The notes below the pieces were generated by a model. It was not told the DNA's origin, made no database searches, and was given only the letters and a program-made list of their open reading frames with translations. A program made the translations under genes and the position numbers. This document shows positions 41,547-51,756 of a DNA stretch of 64,000 bases, in pieces (within the stretch, counting starts at the first letter, position 1; each line of letters begins with the position of its first letter). Source of the DNA: Methanotrichaceae archaeon (GTDB lineage Archaea; Halobacteriota; Methanosarcinia; Methanotrichales; Methanotrichaceae); the NCBI GenBank assembly GCA_963803145.1, contig CAWDLW010000016.1, forward strand, positions 1 through 64,000, given 5' to 3'.

Positions 41547-42830
41547 TTGCAACAAGAGACTTATAATAGGCTATTAGCATCACTTATTATCCTGGGCATG
41601 ATTATAACACCTGCGCTGGGATTTTCAGTGAGCTATTCTTCAGGAGATGGCAGTGGTGCAGTCTCCTCCTCGTCCAGCTACAAACTGGATGATTCCAGTT
41701 CATTACAGCAGCAGGCCGTTCTGTCGGGAAGTGAGCTTTCACAGACATCTCAGGCAAGCGGTACTGGCGATAATTCTATAGCAAACTCCGTTGGAGGCAA
41801 TGGATATTCTTTGAGCAATGAAGTCGATAGCTCTGGATCTATGGGAGTATCCACTTCAGCTGTGGCCACAGGAAGCGGAGCAGGCATAAGCCAGAACGCT
41901 GCCCTATCTGGAAAATCGGGCAGTGTCAGCTTAATAGCTTCATCCAATAAGAACGAAATGGGTTTAGCCAGCAGCTTCTCTGGAGACAGCAATATGAACA
42001 CAGATCTGAGCGCAGTCGCTGCAGACAGAGCTGCAATGACAGGAACTGCATCATCTGCAGGCGTGCCTGTTCTTGAGGGCGGCGAGCTTGAGCGAGTTGC
42101 TTCAGGCGATATCGGCATGTCCGTTGATGGATTATATCTTCAACCTTCAGGCAACCTCGGAGAGTTTAGCCTGAATACAGTCAATATTGAGAAAACGCCT
42201 GCAAGCGGTACACCATCCTATCTCACTCTCGCTAATGATGGCGGCAGCTCGGGCTCATATCGCTTAATGGGCTGGAGATGGAATACACAAACCCCCAATA
42301 TCCAGTGGAATGTCAAGAGCAATGCAGTGCCTACAAACGTAGGTGCTTACAATGTAGCATTAGCCGCATCAGCTGCGGGACAGACATGGAACGCTGCAAC
42401 CGGCAAGACGCTCTTCAACCCCTCAGTCGTGTATACTTCAAGTGTGAACACAGATACTGGCGACGGCAAAAATGTAATAGCCTGGAAGAATTTGGCAGAT
42501 GCCCCAGGTGCCTTGGCTTATTCAAGGACATGGTATAACTACAATAAGGTGGGCGGATATTACTCTGCAGTTGAATCAGATATAAGCCTCAGCACAAGCT
42601 ACGCCTGGTCGACATCGCTCGCAAATGGCAGGCCCTACTACTATGGCGACCCCATTGATATCCAAAGCGTTCTCACGCATGAAATGGGCCATACATTAGG
42701 TCTGGGAGACCTGTACGGCAATACACCATATTCGGGCGACCACGCAGAGATAATGAACTCCTACTCAGGAGTCAAGCGCAACACACTCGGAAATGGAGAT
42801 ATAACGGGAATCAGGAAACTGTACGATTAA
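41547..42830 (+). CDS. Secreted matrixin-like (metzincin) metalloprotease
   Basis: Signal peptide, Ser/Gly-rich N-domain, 'DIQSVLTHEMGHTLGLGD', Met-turn 'EIMNS', 'LGNGDITGIRKLY'. Confidence 0.9.
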   Translation: MQQETYNRLLASLIILGMIITPALGFSVSYSSGDGSGAVSSSSSYKLDDSSSLQQQAVLSGSELSQTSQASGTGDNSIANSVGGNGYSLSNEVDSSGSMGVSTSAVATGSGAGISQNAALSGKSGSVSLIASSNKNEMGLASSFSGDSNMNTDLSAVAADRAAMTGTASSAGVPVLEGGELERVASGDIGMSVDGLYLQPSGNLGEFSLNTVNIEKTPASGTPSYLTLANDGGSSGSYRLMGWRWNTQTPNIQWNVKSNAVPTNVGAYNVALAASAAGQTWNAATGKTLFNPSVVYTSSVNTDTGDGKNVIAWKNLADAPGALAYSRTWYNYNKVGGYYSAVESDISLSTSYAWSTSLANGRPYYYGDPIDIQSVLTHEMGHTLGLGDLYGNTPYSGDHAEIMNSYSGVKRNTLGNGDITGIRKLYD

Positions 42831-43030
42831 AACCAGACCTTTTTCCCTTTTCTTTTTATTAGAATCTGTGGTTTTATGTCGATTCAAACTTAGTTTCTGG
42901 AGGACCATCCACTTTCTTCCAAGCTGTTGCTTTTCAAGAAAAGCTATATCTTTTTCAGCTATAAGCGTTATGAACAATATGCTAATTTACTGAGCTATTA
43001 AAATACGAATAAATTTAAAGAAAATTTGTT

Positions 43031-43501
43031 CTATGCGCCAAATACCCCAAACTTGATAATCGATCTAGGCGATGAATGTATAGTATAGATACTGAGCTTG
43101 TTTGGATACCGAGGTGCATAAATGCTTAAACCTGTCGAAATTCTATATTTAGTCCAATAGAAAGCTGTTTTCTTAATCGTTTCCAAATTGGTGTATAATC
43201 CAAGATTACGTGGGATTGAAACACCGAAAGCTGCTAATACCGATAAACCTTCTCCAACGGTTTTAACATTTCTAAAATAATCATCCACAATAGAGTTAGC
43301 AGCATAATCAGCATAAATAGATGCATAAATCTGTGAACTCTTAACATTTTTGAGATCATTACCGGTTATGTATAACCGATAGTTGAAGCCAGATTTGTAT
43401 TTCTGTACACCATAATCTGCACTAGCACAATTCATGAAAATTACAAAGAATATAAAGGAAATTAATAACATCGCACCAATTCTTTTCATACGCACCATCA
43501 C
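43031..43501 (-). CDS. Hypothetical secreted basic protein (AT-rich)
   Basis: Signal peptide ending 'CASA'; 156 aa ORF; no recognised domain. Confidence 0.65.
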   Translation of the reverse strand: MMVRMKRIGAMLLISFIFFVIFMNCASADYGVQKYKSGFNYRLYITGNDLKNVKSSQIYASIYADYAANSIVDDYFRNVKTVGEGLSVLAAFGVSIPRNLGLYTNLETIKKTAFYWTKYRISTGLSIYAPRYPNKLSIYTIHSSPRSIIKFGVFGA

Positions 43502-43824
43502 TTATGGATATACTATCATTATGAGTGCTCCTAAATTATATAAGAGTAACGGGTTTAGCAATATGGCATCAAGCGAACGTTTGAATACAGCAAGTGAAAT
43601 TGATATAACACACAAAATTGTTTTCTAACTATGTCGAGATGGGCGTACCACTTAGAATCATAAACTAACTGTTACGTAGAATATTACTGATGATAATCAA
43701 TTTGGCATCCTTATGGGTGACTTGGTAAGCTTTATATAACTAGAATCGACAATAGTTGATTTGTGGTAAGGATACTAAATAAACTTCGTTTGCAACTATG
43801 TAAAAAACCAACGGGAGTATAAAT

Positions 43825-44430
43825 ATGAAACCTTCAACCATATACATAATACTGGCTGCAGCTATGGCTCTTTGCTTTTTAGTCATGCCAGCGTTTTCAG
43901 CGCCCTCAAATCAGTCTGCATCTTTGATCTTACTCGTCCAGCATTCCGGTTGCGGCTTTGCAATAAATGGCAGTCAATACCACGACCTCAAGATAGGTGT
44001 TTTTGGCATAGCCGAGTTCGATCCTGCAAAAATCGGTAAGCTTATTTCTGATAACAAGACACTCGGGCAGATCAAGTCTGACATAAAAAATCAAGTAGTA
44101 AATGAAATGGATGCGGCATCCTATAATGGAAGTCTAATATTGGGGGAGAACCTTTACAAGCTGTCCAATATTAAATCTAAAACCGCAACTGATAACAATT
44201 CCACCATAGAAGCAGATATAGCAGGTCCAATAACACTTTCTAGTATGAACAATAGTACAGCAGTCGTAGGCCATATCTCATTGGGAATCAAATTCTACGA
44301 AAATAACCTCATAGGGCAGGGTAAGCTGACCATGAATAGTGGCAATTACAGTGGCAAATATGAAGCACTGATTTTGATGAACTCTGGGGATTTCGATAGG
44401 GAAATGGAATGGGGCAGAGGAGAAAATTAG
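43825..44430 (+). CDS. Hypothetical secreted protein
   Basis: GGGAG SD, signal peptide ending 'PAFS', several N-x-S/T sequons. Confidence 0.75.
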   Translation: MKPSTIYIILAAAMALCFLVMPAFSAPSNQSASLILLVQHSGCGFAINGSQYHDLKIGVFGIAEFDPAKIGKLISDNKTLGQIKSDIKNQVVNEMDAASYNGSLILGENLYKLSNIKSKTATDNNSTIEADIAGPITLSSMNNSTAVVGHISLGIKFYENNLIGQGKLTMNSGNYSGKYEALILMNSGDFDREMEWGRGEN

Positions 44431-44567
44431 GGTGAAAACGCTTTCATCAATATAGATGCAGCTGAGGGGACTTTGGGGCTATGATATGCCCCAAAACTCA
44501 CTGAGACTAGGGTAATTAATAATCATCACGATGCTTTTTAATAAATGTTGTTACAATGTAGACCGTC

Positions 44568-45377
44568 ATGAAGGTCACTTATTTGCCATGTTTAATAATA
44601 CTGGTCTTATATTTCATTACAGGCTCATCCATAGCCGGATCCCCAGGTGATGGTAAACATCTGAAACTTGTTATCATTAGAGCCGATGATATTTATAATA
44701 TTAATCCAGAAGTTAAATGGCTATCTGATTTGGTCCTTAAAGAAGATCTCAAGGCGACATTTGCCGTAATACCAGCACGCCTTGGTCCAAAAGATATCGT
44801 ATATTTAGGAAATCTGGACAGAGACCATTTCGAGCTTGCAGCTCATGGATATAATCATGAAAGCCTTAAAGGCTTGCCTTATAAGAAACAATATGATATA
44901 ATAAATAAAAGCACGAATGCTATGGAAACCTATTTCCATATCAGGCCATATACGTTTATCCCGCCTTTTGAAGCAATTGATGATAATACAGTGAAGGCAT
45001 GCTATGACCTTGGTTATCACTCGATTCTCATGTCCTATGATACTCAAACCGCAAAAGATATGAAGGTTTTAAGAAAATTCTCATGGGAGCTGGAGTGGAA
45101 TCCATTAGAACACAGCAACTTTACAGATTTTAAGCGGGCCTTTGATTCCTATTATAATTCATCAGCGGATGCATTTCTCATTATTTTGCACCCTGCTACA
45201 TTTGATATCAATAAAAAGCTTGACCAAAAGCTGGTTAGTGACTTCAATAGATCAGTATATTACATGAGGAGTAAAAACGTTAAATTTGAGACTATGGAGG
45301 ATATGTATGAGCAAGCGATCCTCGATAAAGAGTTTCAGTGTTTTGCTTATAAGAACAAAAACTTCTTTGAAATTTAA
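44568..45377 (+). CDS. Secreted polysaccharide deacetylase (CE4/DUF2334-like)
   Basis: 'IRADD','ATFAVIP','ELAAHGYNH','FIPPF','ILHP'. Confidence 0.88.
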   Translation: MKVTYLPCLIILVLYFITGSSIAGSPGDGKHLKLVIIRADDIYNINPEVKWLSDLVLKEDLKATFAVIPARLGPKDIVYLGNLDRDHFELAAHGYNHESLKGLPYKKQYDIINKSTNAMETYFHIRPYTFIPPFEAIDDNTVKACYDLGYHSILMSYDTQTAKDMKVLRKFSWELEWNPLEHSNFTDFKRAFDSYYNSSADAFLIILHPATFDINKKLDQKLVSDFNRSVYYMRSKNVKFETMEDMYEQAILDKEFQCFAYKNKNFFEI

Positions 45378-46276
45378 CCTTTCTTTTATTCAGAAATATT
45401 TATTGGACTTATTAAATTACATTTTTCCGCAAGCGATCAGGAATTAAGCGAAGAGTATAGAACTTTAGAGGTGTATCTAAGCCAGGAGTATCCCGTCATC
45501 AAGACCCAGAGAATATACTTTTCGATCATCTTGCTCTTTCCTGATGATAAGTTATGGTGATGTGTGCAGCTTAGCCAAGCGATGAAAGCACACCCCATTT
45601 CAGATAGATGAAATTACGTTTAAAAACAAATTATATCGTATATAAAATATTTAAATTAAATGGGCTGAAAATAACGAATTGGTGCAGTATCATATTATAT
45701 TAATGATGGCATCCCAGTTCACGCAAGCGGTCTACGCTTTTGAAAATATTTATTAGATAAGTATATATACAATATATCGGAAGCATACTACCTTCTCAAT
45801 CCGCGGATCATAGAAGGCTCTCGTAGCCATCCTCCTTTGGCACCATATGATCTGCACGACGGATATCAAGGTGAGCAAATATGACATTCAAGGTTCCCGC
45901 AGAGATAGCAAAGGCATCCATAGCCTCTGGATGCGCAAAATGCACAATGAACTGGCAAAAGCTATTGATCTTGGGCTTTCTTGCAGGGGCATACATCGCC
46001 TTTGGAGCATTGTTGAGCGAAATTGTGGCTGGCGGCCTATCTAATGGAACGATCACAGCTGCAAACGGAGATATCTGGAAGATAGCTCTCCCCACAGGCC
46101 TTGTTAAGTTCGCGACTGGCGCGGTCTTCCCGGTAGGACTTATGCTTGTAGTGATCGGAGGCGCAGAGCTGTTCACTGGAAACTGCCTCTTTGCACCAAT
46201 AAGCGTTCTAAATAGGGAAGCATCGTTTAAGGGATTGGTGACGAACTGGGCGATAGTTTATATTGCCAATATTATA

Positions 46277-47414
46277 GAGGATTCCTATAAACCTACCCCC
46301 TGCTTTAGCATCGAAAGTGTTAAATACAGCAAATAGTATTTATTGTTATGGATTCTTTTACTACTTGGGTATTGAAAGGTCTAAATGCAAAGCAAGAGGA
46401 GTCTAAATTAGCTCAAGTATCTGGATTGATCAATTGGGTTCCCTTTCGTCCTCTTCTGGAAGGGATGTATACTAATAAGACCGAGAAGGGCGGAAGGCCC
46501 AACTGTGATGTTATTCTAATGTTCAGGATCCTGATTCTCCAGCAGTGGTATGGCCTGAGCGATCTGGCTGTTGAACGGCAAATGGCTGATCGCATATCAT
46601 TTATGGCATTTCTTGGTTTTCCTGATCAGTTCCCTGATTCCAGAACTATATGGTCATTCAAAGAACGAATGGCGGAGACAGGAACAGATAGGCTTGTTTG
46701 GGCTGAACTTCAAAGACAGTTGGATGCAAAAGGATTGAAGATCAGACGCGGAATTGTTCAGGATGCTACCTTTATAGAAGCAGATCCAGGATCATCGGAG
46801 TCAAAGAAACCACGTGGCGATGAGGCTAAGACACGTCGCAGCAAGGATGGCACATGGGCTAAGAAAGGCAATGAAACTCACTTCGGATATAAGTTACATC
46901 AAATAACTGATATCGATTACAGCCTAATACGTGATATAGAGACCTCGACTGCATCACTGCATGACAGTCAGGTTGATCTCTCTATCCCTGGCGTGCCAGT
47001 TTTCAGAGATAGAGGATATTTCGGTGTGAAGGCCAAAGGTATTGATTTTACAATGAAGCGCAGGACTACTGATAAACCTCTTTCTGATCTTGATAAAGAA
47101 CGCAATCAGTTGATCAGTATCCTCAGATCGCCTGGCGAAAGGCCCCATGCTGTAATCAAGAGGGTTTTCGAGGCTGGAAGAGTGCTTGTTACATCAGTCA
47201 GAAGAGTGCATGTGAAAATGATAGTTACCGCTTTCGCTTTTAACTTGTATCAGCTTTGTACTCTTAAAAAGGCAAATGTCATTTAGGGATAGCGGATGCT
47301 ATCGAGAATTAACTGAAAAAAAACAGGTTAGACCAAGAATAGCGAACATCGTAAGGCAAATCTAGAGTCGATTTAAAAAAACCGCCCTTAGGATACAAGT
47401 AAATAGGAATCCTC
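46277..47414 (+). mobile_element. IS5-family insertion sequence, 1138 bp
   Basis: IRs GAGGATTCCTATAAAC / GTAAATAGGAATCCTC; 4-bp TSD TATA (46273-76, 47415-18). Confidence 0.95.
46348..47286 (+). CDS. IS5-family transposase
   Basis: 'GGRP','QQWYGLSD','PDSRTIW','VQDATF','FGYKLH','DRGY','RSPGERP'. Confidence 0.95.
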   Translation: MDSFTTWVLKGLNAKQEESKLAQVSGLINWVPFRPLLEGMYTNKTEKGGRPNCDVILMFRILILQQWYGLSDLAVERQMADRISFMAFLGFPDQFPDSRTIWSFKERMAETGTDRLVWAELQRQLDAKGLKIRRGIVQDATFIEADPGSSESKKPRGDEAKTRRSKDGTWAKKGNETHFGYKLHQITDIDYSLIRDIETSTASLHDSQVDLSIPGVPVFRDRGYFGVKAKGIDFTMKRRTTDKPLSDLDKERNQLISILRSPGERPHAVIKRVFEAGRVLVTSVRRVHVKMIVTAFAFNLYQLCTLKKANVI

Positions 47415-48014
47415 TATAGGCTCTATATTTGTAGCCTATTTCCTTGCATACAAATGCGGCTTTTTCAACGCTATGCCATGGGCAGGATGGGCTGCAACAG
47501 TTGCGAATACGAAATGCGGTCTCGACTTCACTACGGCTTTTTTGCGAGGCATCGGCTGTAACTGGCTTGTTTGCCTTTCAATATGGCTGGCGATAAGCGC
47601 AGAAGATATCATCAGCAAGATACTGGCCATCTGGTTCCCAATAATGGCCTTTGTGACCATTGGCTTTGAGCATAGCGTAGCTAATATGTTCTTCATCCCA
47701 TTGGGGCTATTCGTGGCCAATGATCCTGCCATAGCAACCAATCTTGCTATATCTAAGGTTGCCACGGCGAATCTTATTGGAGCGACCGGTTGGTATAATT
47801 TCATTGTTACTAACCTGATACCCGTCACCCTTGGAAACATTGTAGGAGCAGTGCTCTTTGTGGCGATATTATACTGGTATGTGTATGCACATGGATCGCT
47901 CTGCACCCCTACGCAGACAAAGATAAAGGCGCCAAAACAATAAAGATAAAAGAGCTAAAGATAAAATGGCTTAGTCATATAGCCATTCGTTTTTTAGGTA
48001 GTTTACCATAATTA

Positions 48015-49097
48015 TAGTTAATCCACGTAATTTTTACCTCATAGATACCCTTAAATAATTAATATACGATATAGCCGTTCATGGGCAGGAAACCTGTAAT
48101 TGTAAGACATATCTCGAAGGTAGAATTAGATCAATTGTATAAAGATGAGAGAAACATAAGAATTAAAGAACGGCTACTAGCGATAATACATTTATACGAA
48201 GGAAAGAATGTATATATAGTAGCTGATATTCTTAAACGAAGTGAAAAGACAATAAAGAATTGGCTAAGCGATTGGAACAAACAAGGATATGATGGATTGA
48301 TACCACAGAATAGAAACGGCAAAGAACCAATGATATCTTTTGATGAATGGGATAAAATTATCGAAGAGATTGAGGACAAAGGAATGACTATAAAAGAGGT
48401 AATAAAATATGCAAAAGACACAAGAGGCGTAGAATATTCGTATAAAGGTGGTTGGAAGATTTTAAGATCAATAAAGAAAGTCAAATATGGTAAACCATAT
48501 ATTAGAAATAATAAGAGGCCTGTTAATGCAGAAAGTTTTCTAAAAAAAGGATAGATTCAGTAATAACAACAGTCAAAGAACCTATTATTGGATTCCTTGA
48601 TGAAAGCTCTTTGCAACAGCGACCTAATACACGCAGGGTTTTAAACACCCATATGCTAAATTATCAACCTGGAAAAGTTAGGTCTAGAACTGTTTTTGGG
48701 TTCATTGCATTGAATGGAAATGATGAAGTTATGGTCTCTCACTCATCCAAGAAAGAAGATTTAATGATCTTCGCCCAAAAATTGAGAAGTAACAATATTA
48801 TGAGACCAATATGTATTGTCCTAGATAATGCTAGAATACATCTAGCTAAGAAGTTTAGGGCATTAGCCCACGAACTTGATATCCATTTAATATATAACGT
48901 GCCATATTCCCCTGATTTAAATCCTATAGAGTTCGGTTGGAAGGATTTTAAAAGAGAGATATCAAAATATACTGATTTTGATGAAGCTATTGAGGATGCC
49001 CAAGATTGCGCTTTACAAATATTTTATTCCAATAAAGATGGATACTCTAAGTCTTGGATAAAGCAGTTTATAAGGTAAAAAGTTGGGAGAATGACTA
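48015..49097 (+). mobile_element. IS630-family insertion sequence
   Basis: TA duplicated at both ends; IRs TAGTTAATCCACGTAATTTTTACC / GGTAAAAAGTTGGGAGAATGACTA; very AT-rich. Confidence 0.88.
48081..49078 (+). CDS. IS630 transposase, two ORFs joined by a probable -1 frameshift at A7G (48542-48549)
   Basis: ORF1 HTH domain ending 'FLKKG*'; the -1 frame continues 'KKRIDS...GFLDES...VLDNARIH...PYSPDLNPIEFGW'. Confidence 0.88.
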
Positions 49098-49387
49098 TAA
49101 TTTGATAAATCTAGTCTCCTCCTTCGCTTCCTTCTTGGCTTCGCATAAGCCCATTTATTTCATGCAAAGCCATGAAGTGCCAGGTGGTTATTCCTGGATC
49201 TGCTTAGCCGCTTCTTGAAGCATTGTCATTCTTGAGCGCATGTAAGCGGTTGCATGGTTTATATGTTTATCAAAATGGAAGAGTAGACGACCTGAAAGTA
49301 CAGGCCGTAAAAAGCTTGGATTCCTCCGGGATCAAACTTTACCATCTTGAACATAAGCCAATCTTGGCCAACTTTATAGCGCTCTAA

Positions 49388-49520
49388 TTCGGGAGTGCCC
49401 GCGAGTCGCTTCGCTCCCGCGCTAGCTGTTTACGGGGCTGTCGCTCACACGCCGCGACGGGCTAACGCCCTCCGGGACGGTTCACATGAGTAGTGAACGA
49501 CAGGTTAGTTGACTACCTGC
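49388..49520. other. GC-rich multi-hairpin non-coding segment
   Basis: GCGAGTCGCTTCGCTCCCGC, TCGC..GCGA, GGGCTAACGCCC, GTTCAC..GTGAAC, CAGGT..ACCTG within AT-rich surroundings. Confidence 0.55.
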
Positions 49521-49578
49521 CTTATTTACTGTAATTTCTGATTTCCATTATAATCAGAAGTTTCAAGCTTTAGGCGCT

Positions 49579-49605
49579 TGCGTGCGAGGGTATGAGAACT
49601 CTGCA
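49579..49605. repeat. att-like site, left copy
   Basis: TGCGTGCGAGGG-TATGAGA-ACTCTGCA. Confidence 0.55.
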
Positions 49606-49626
49606 GATAATCGCCCCGTTAGTTTA

Positions 49627-50316
49627 CTATTTCTTCTTCGCTATACGTGCCTTGAATTCTTCGTACCTATCTGCAAGATCATAGATGTACTCAATAATAG
49701 CATAGACAAATGACTGAAGATCTTCGGCATCCTGCCGTGAAATTGATATCTCGCCAGGGTGCGCCGCTAGGTTGCGAAACGCATGTAGTTGCTGGCTCCA
49801 ATCATAGAGCCGATCGTCAATGATTCCTTTATCTTTGAGCATCTTGATCCCCTCCCCGAGCAGGATCCTCCTCTTAGGTGGGGCTTCTGCTTCAGCCGTT
49901 CCTGAGGGCAGTTTAGGATCAAGGAAATCTCGGCATACTGCTTCAAGCGCTCGGCCAAACATGACACATGCCGCGATGTTTGCACTTGCTTGCAATGATC
50001 GATCGGCTTCGGAAAGCGATTCTGTAACCGATCGCGGAATCCTATTGCTTACGAATGTTTTCGGTGGTTTTGGATAAACCCGAACAACAACGTTGGACCA
50101 CTCATCTTCTTCGTTATCAATGCCTGCAACGCTGATTTGGTGAGTTTGACCTACAAGTAACTCTCCGCATCGTGGGCATTGTCCGATAATCAATTTCTTC
50201 CCTGCAGGCCACCCACTTTCCTCATCAAAATCACTTATTGAAGCACTTCCCTTTTCAATAGCGGCAACTTTGGCTTCGCAAAAAGGGCAGTCGATTATGA
50301 ATGTCTGCTGTGCCAT
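49627..50316 (-). CDS. DUF4145 (HEPN-like) protein with N-terminal Zn ribbon
   Basis: CPFC...CPRC; 'AACVMFGRALE'; R-x4-H motif 'RNLAAH'. Confidence 0.88.
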   Translation of the reverse strand: MAQQTFIIDCPFCEAKVAAIEKGSASISDFDEESGWPAGKKLIIGQCPRCGELLVGQTHQISVAGIDNEEDEWSNVVVRVYPKPPKTFVSNRIPRSVTESLSEADRSLQASANIAACVMFGRALEAVCRDFLDPKLPSGTAEAEAPPKRRILLGEGIKMLKDKGIIDDRLYDWSQQLHAFRNLAAHPGEISISRQDAEDLQSFVYAIIEYIYDLADRYEEFKARIAKKK

Positions 50317-51102
50317 GCATCATCCCGATTGTCGTTGTAGTCCTTCTCGCACATAGATGCTTTCCTTGGTGACACATCAATGGTATGGCAGCCATACAGA
50401 GAGGAACTGCAAAAGCCGATTCATCGGAGAGGGTTATGGTATAATCCCAATATCAGCTATAAGGTAGGAAAGCACCCCCCCCAAAAAGGAGATCATCGAT
50501 ATTAATATAGTTTGCTTGAATGTGATAGTTTCAGAACCAAAGCATCCTGCGATCGAGTGGTCAAAACGATCACTTGATTCTTTTAGACTGTTGGCATATT
50601 ATATATCAAAATATATCTCGTCATGGTCATATATTTTTTTTGTTAAATGGGCTATTCTACACATTATGGGAATACGCAGAGTCTAGCGCACACCATCATG
50701 ATGGAGAGGGCAGGAAAGTATCTTATCCGACCACCTACCTAAAGTAGGCCCGCTACAGATAGCGTTTTTAGGGTGAATTTACGGTTATCGATTAGTAGGG
50801 AAAAAAGGCCCAATTTTAAATATATGACATTTGAAAAATATTGTCCTGGAGGTGTCTCTCTGCACCTAAACAGTAGGATGATATTATCCAAATTAACACT
50901 AATAATATCATGCTACTAAATGACGGCAAAGGATTAAATTTTCAATAGGATTATGATAAAGATCCTGAGTTTTGCATCTGAGCCAAATTAACAGTATGTA
51001 AAAAAGCCGTAAAATGAGTTTAAAGGCCCAAAATGGGCCGCGAGCATACAACTACATAGTGATACACACGTTTTTATAGTACCAGTCTATTAAGCGCGCA
51101 TT

Positions 51103-51570
51103 ATGGAAGAAGTTGAGCTAAAAATTTTAAAGGAAATTCATAAGATATATCAATTAGCGCGTGTAGGTGCAAGCTCCGATAAAATTGCAAGTAATTTAGG
51201 AATGACAAACGATGATGTGTGCGATTTTTTAGACGTGCTAGAAGATCAAGGATATGTAAAGGTAAGCAGGTATATTGGTGGTGCATATGGCGCGTTCCTT
51301 ACTCACACCGGGCGATTGTTGCTAACGCATCCGGAATACATGTTTAACAAAGGATATGTTGATGCAAGTGATGTTCTAAAAGTGCTTGAAAAAGCGGTAA
51401 ACGATTCTGAAAATATACCTCTGCGGGAAAAACCATCACTAATCGGAAAACTCACGGATCTAAGCCACGACCCATATATACAAAGCATAAGTTCCGGGTT
51501 AGTAATAGAAGCCGTAAAAAATACTTTGGTATTTAATATCGGCCATATAGTTGGCGTAATGACCGCATAA
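51103..51570 (+). CDS. Winged-HTH domain hypothetical protein
   Basis: 'ILKEI...IASNLGM...VCDFLDVLEDQGYVK...LTHTG' plus a helical C-terminus. Confidence 0.75.
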   Translation: MEEVELKILKEIHKIYQLARVGASSDKIASNLGMTNDDVCDFLDVLEDQGYVKVSRYIGGAYGAFLTHTGRLLLTHPEYMFNKGYVDASDVLKVLEKAVNDSENIPLREKPSLIGKLTDLSHDPYIQSISSGLVIEAVKNTLVFNIGHIVGVMTA

Positions 51571-51681
51571 AATGCCCTAGGATCGAGGATTAAACAGGCT
51601 GACGGCTAATATTACTGGTAACCTTCAGGCTGCACTATTCAAGACTTATTCTATTGATGCTGGTTCTGTATTTGCCTTTAC

Positions 51682-51708
51682 ATGCGGGGTATGAGACCCC
51701 CGCACGCA
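51682..51708. repeat. att-like site, right copy
   Basis: ATGCGGGG-TATGAGA-CCCCCGCACGCA. Confidence 0.55.
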
Positions 51709-51756
51709 TAACTGAACACAAAGCTGAAATAGACAATTGAATAATTTCTGGAAACA

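Larger units (their letters stand above)
45881..47943 (+). pseudogene. Formate/nitrite transporter (FdhC/FocA) interrupted by IS5
   Basis: 5' part 'FPVGL...GAELFTGN...NI I', 3' part 'IGSIFVAY...GIGCNWLVC...GFEHSVANM...GNIVG'; halves rejoin in frame after removing 46277-47418. Confidence 0.93.

Noticed and set aside
49459-49512. Integron attC site (minus strand CTAAC..GTTCAC..GTGAAC..GTTAG)
   Set aside because: The L'-R' spacer is 13 nt rather than about 5-6, there is only one such site and no integron integrase.
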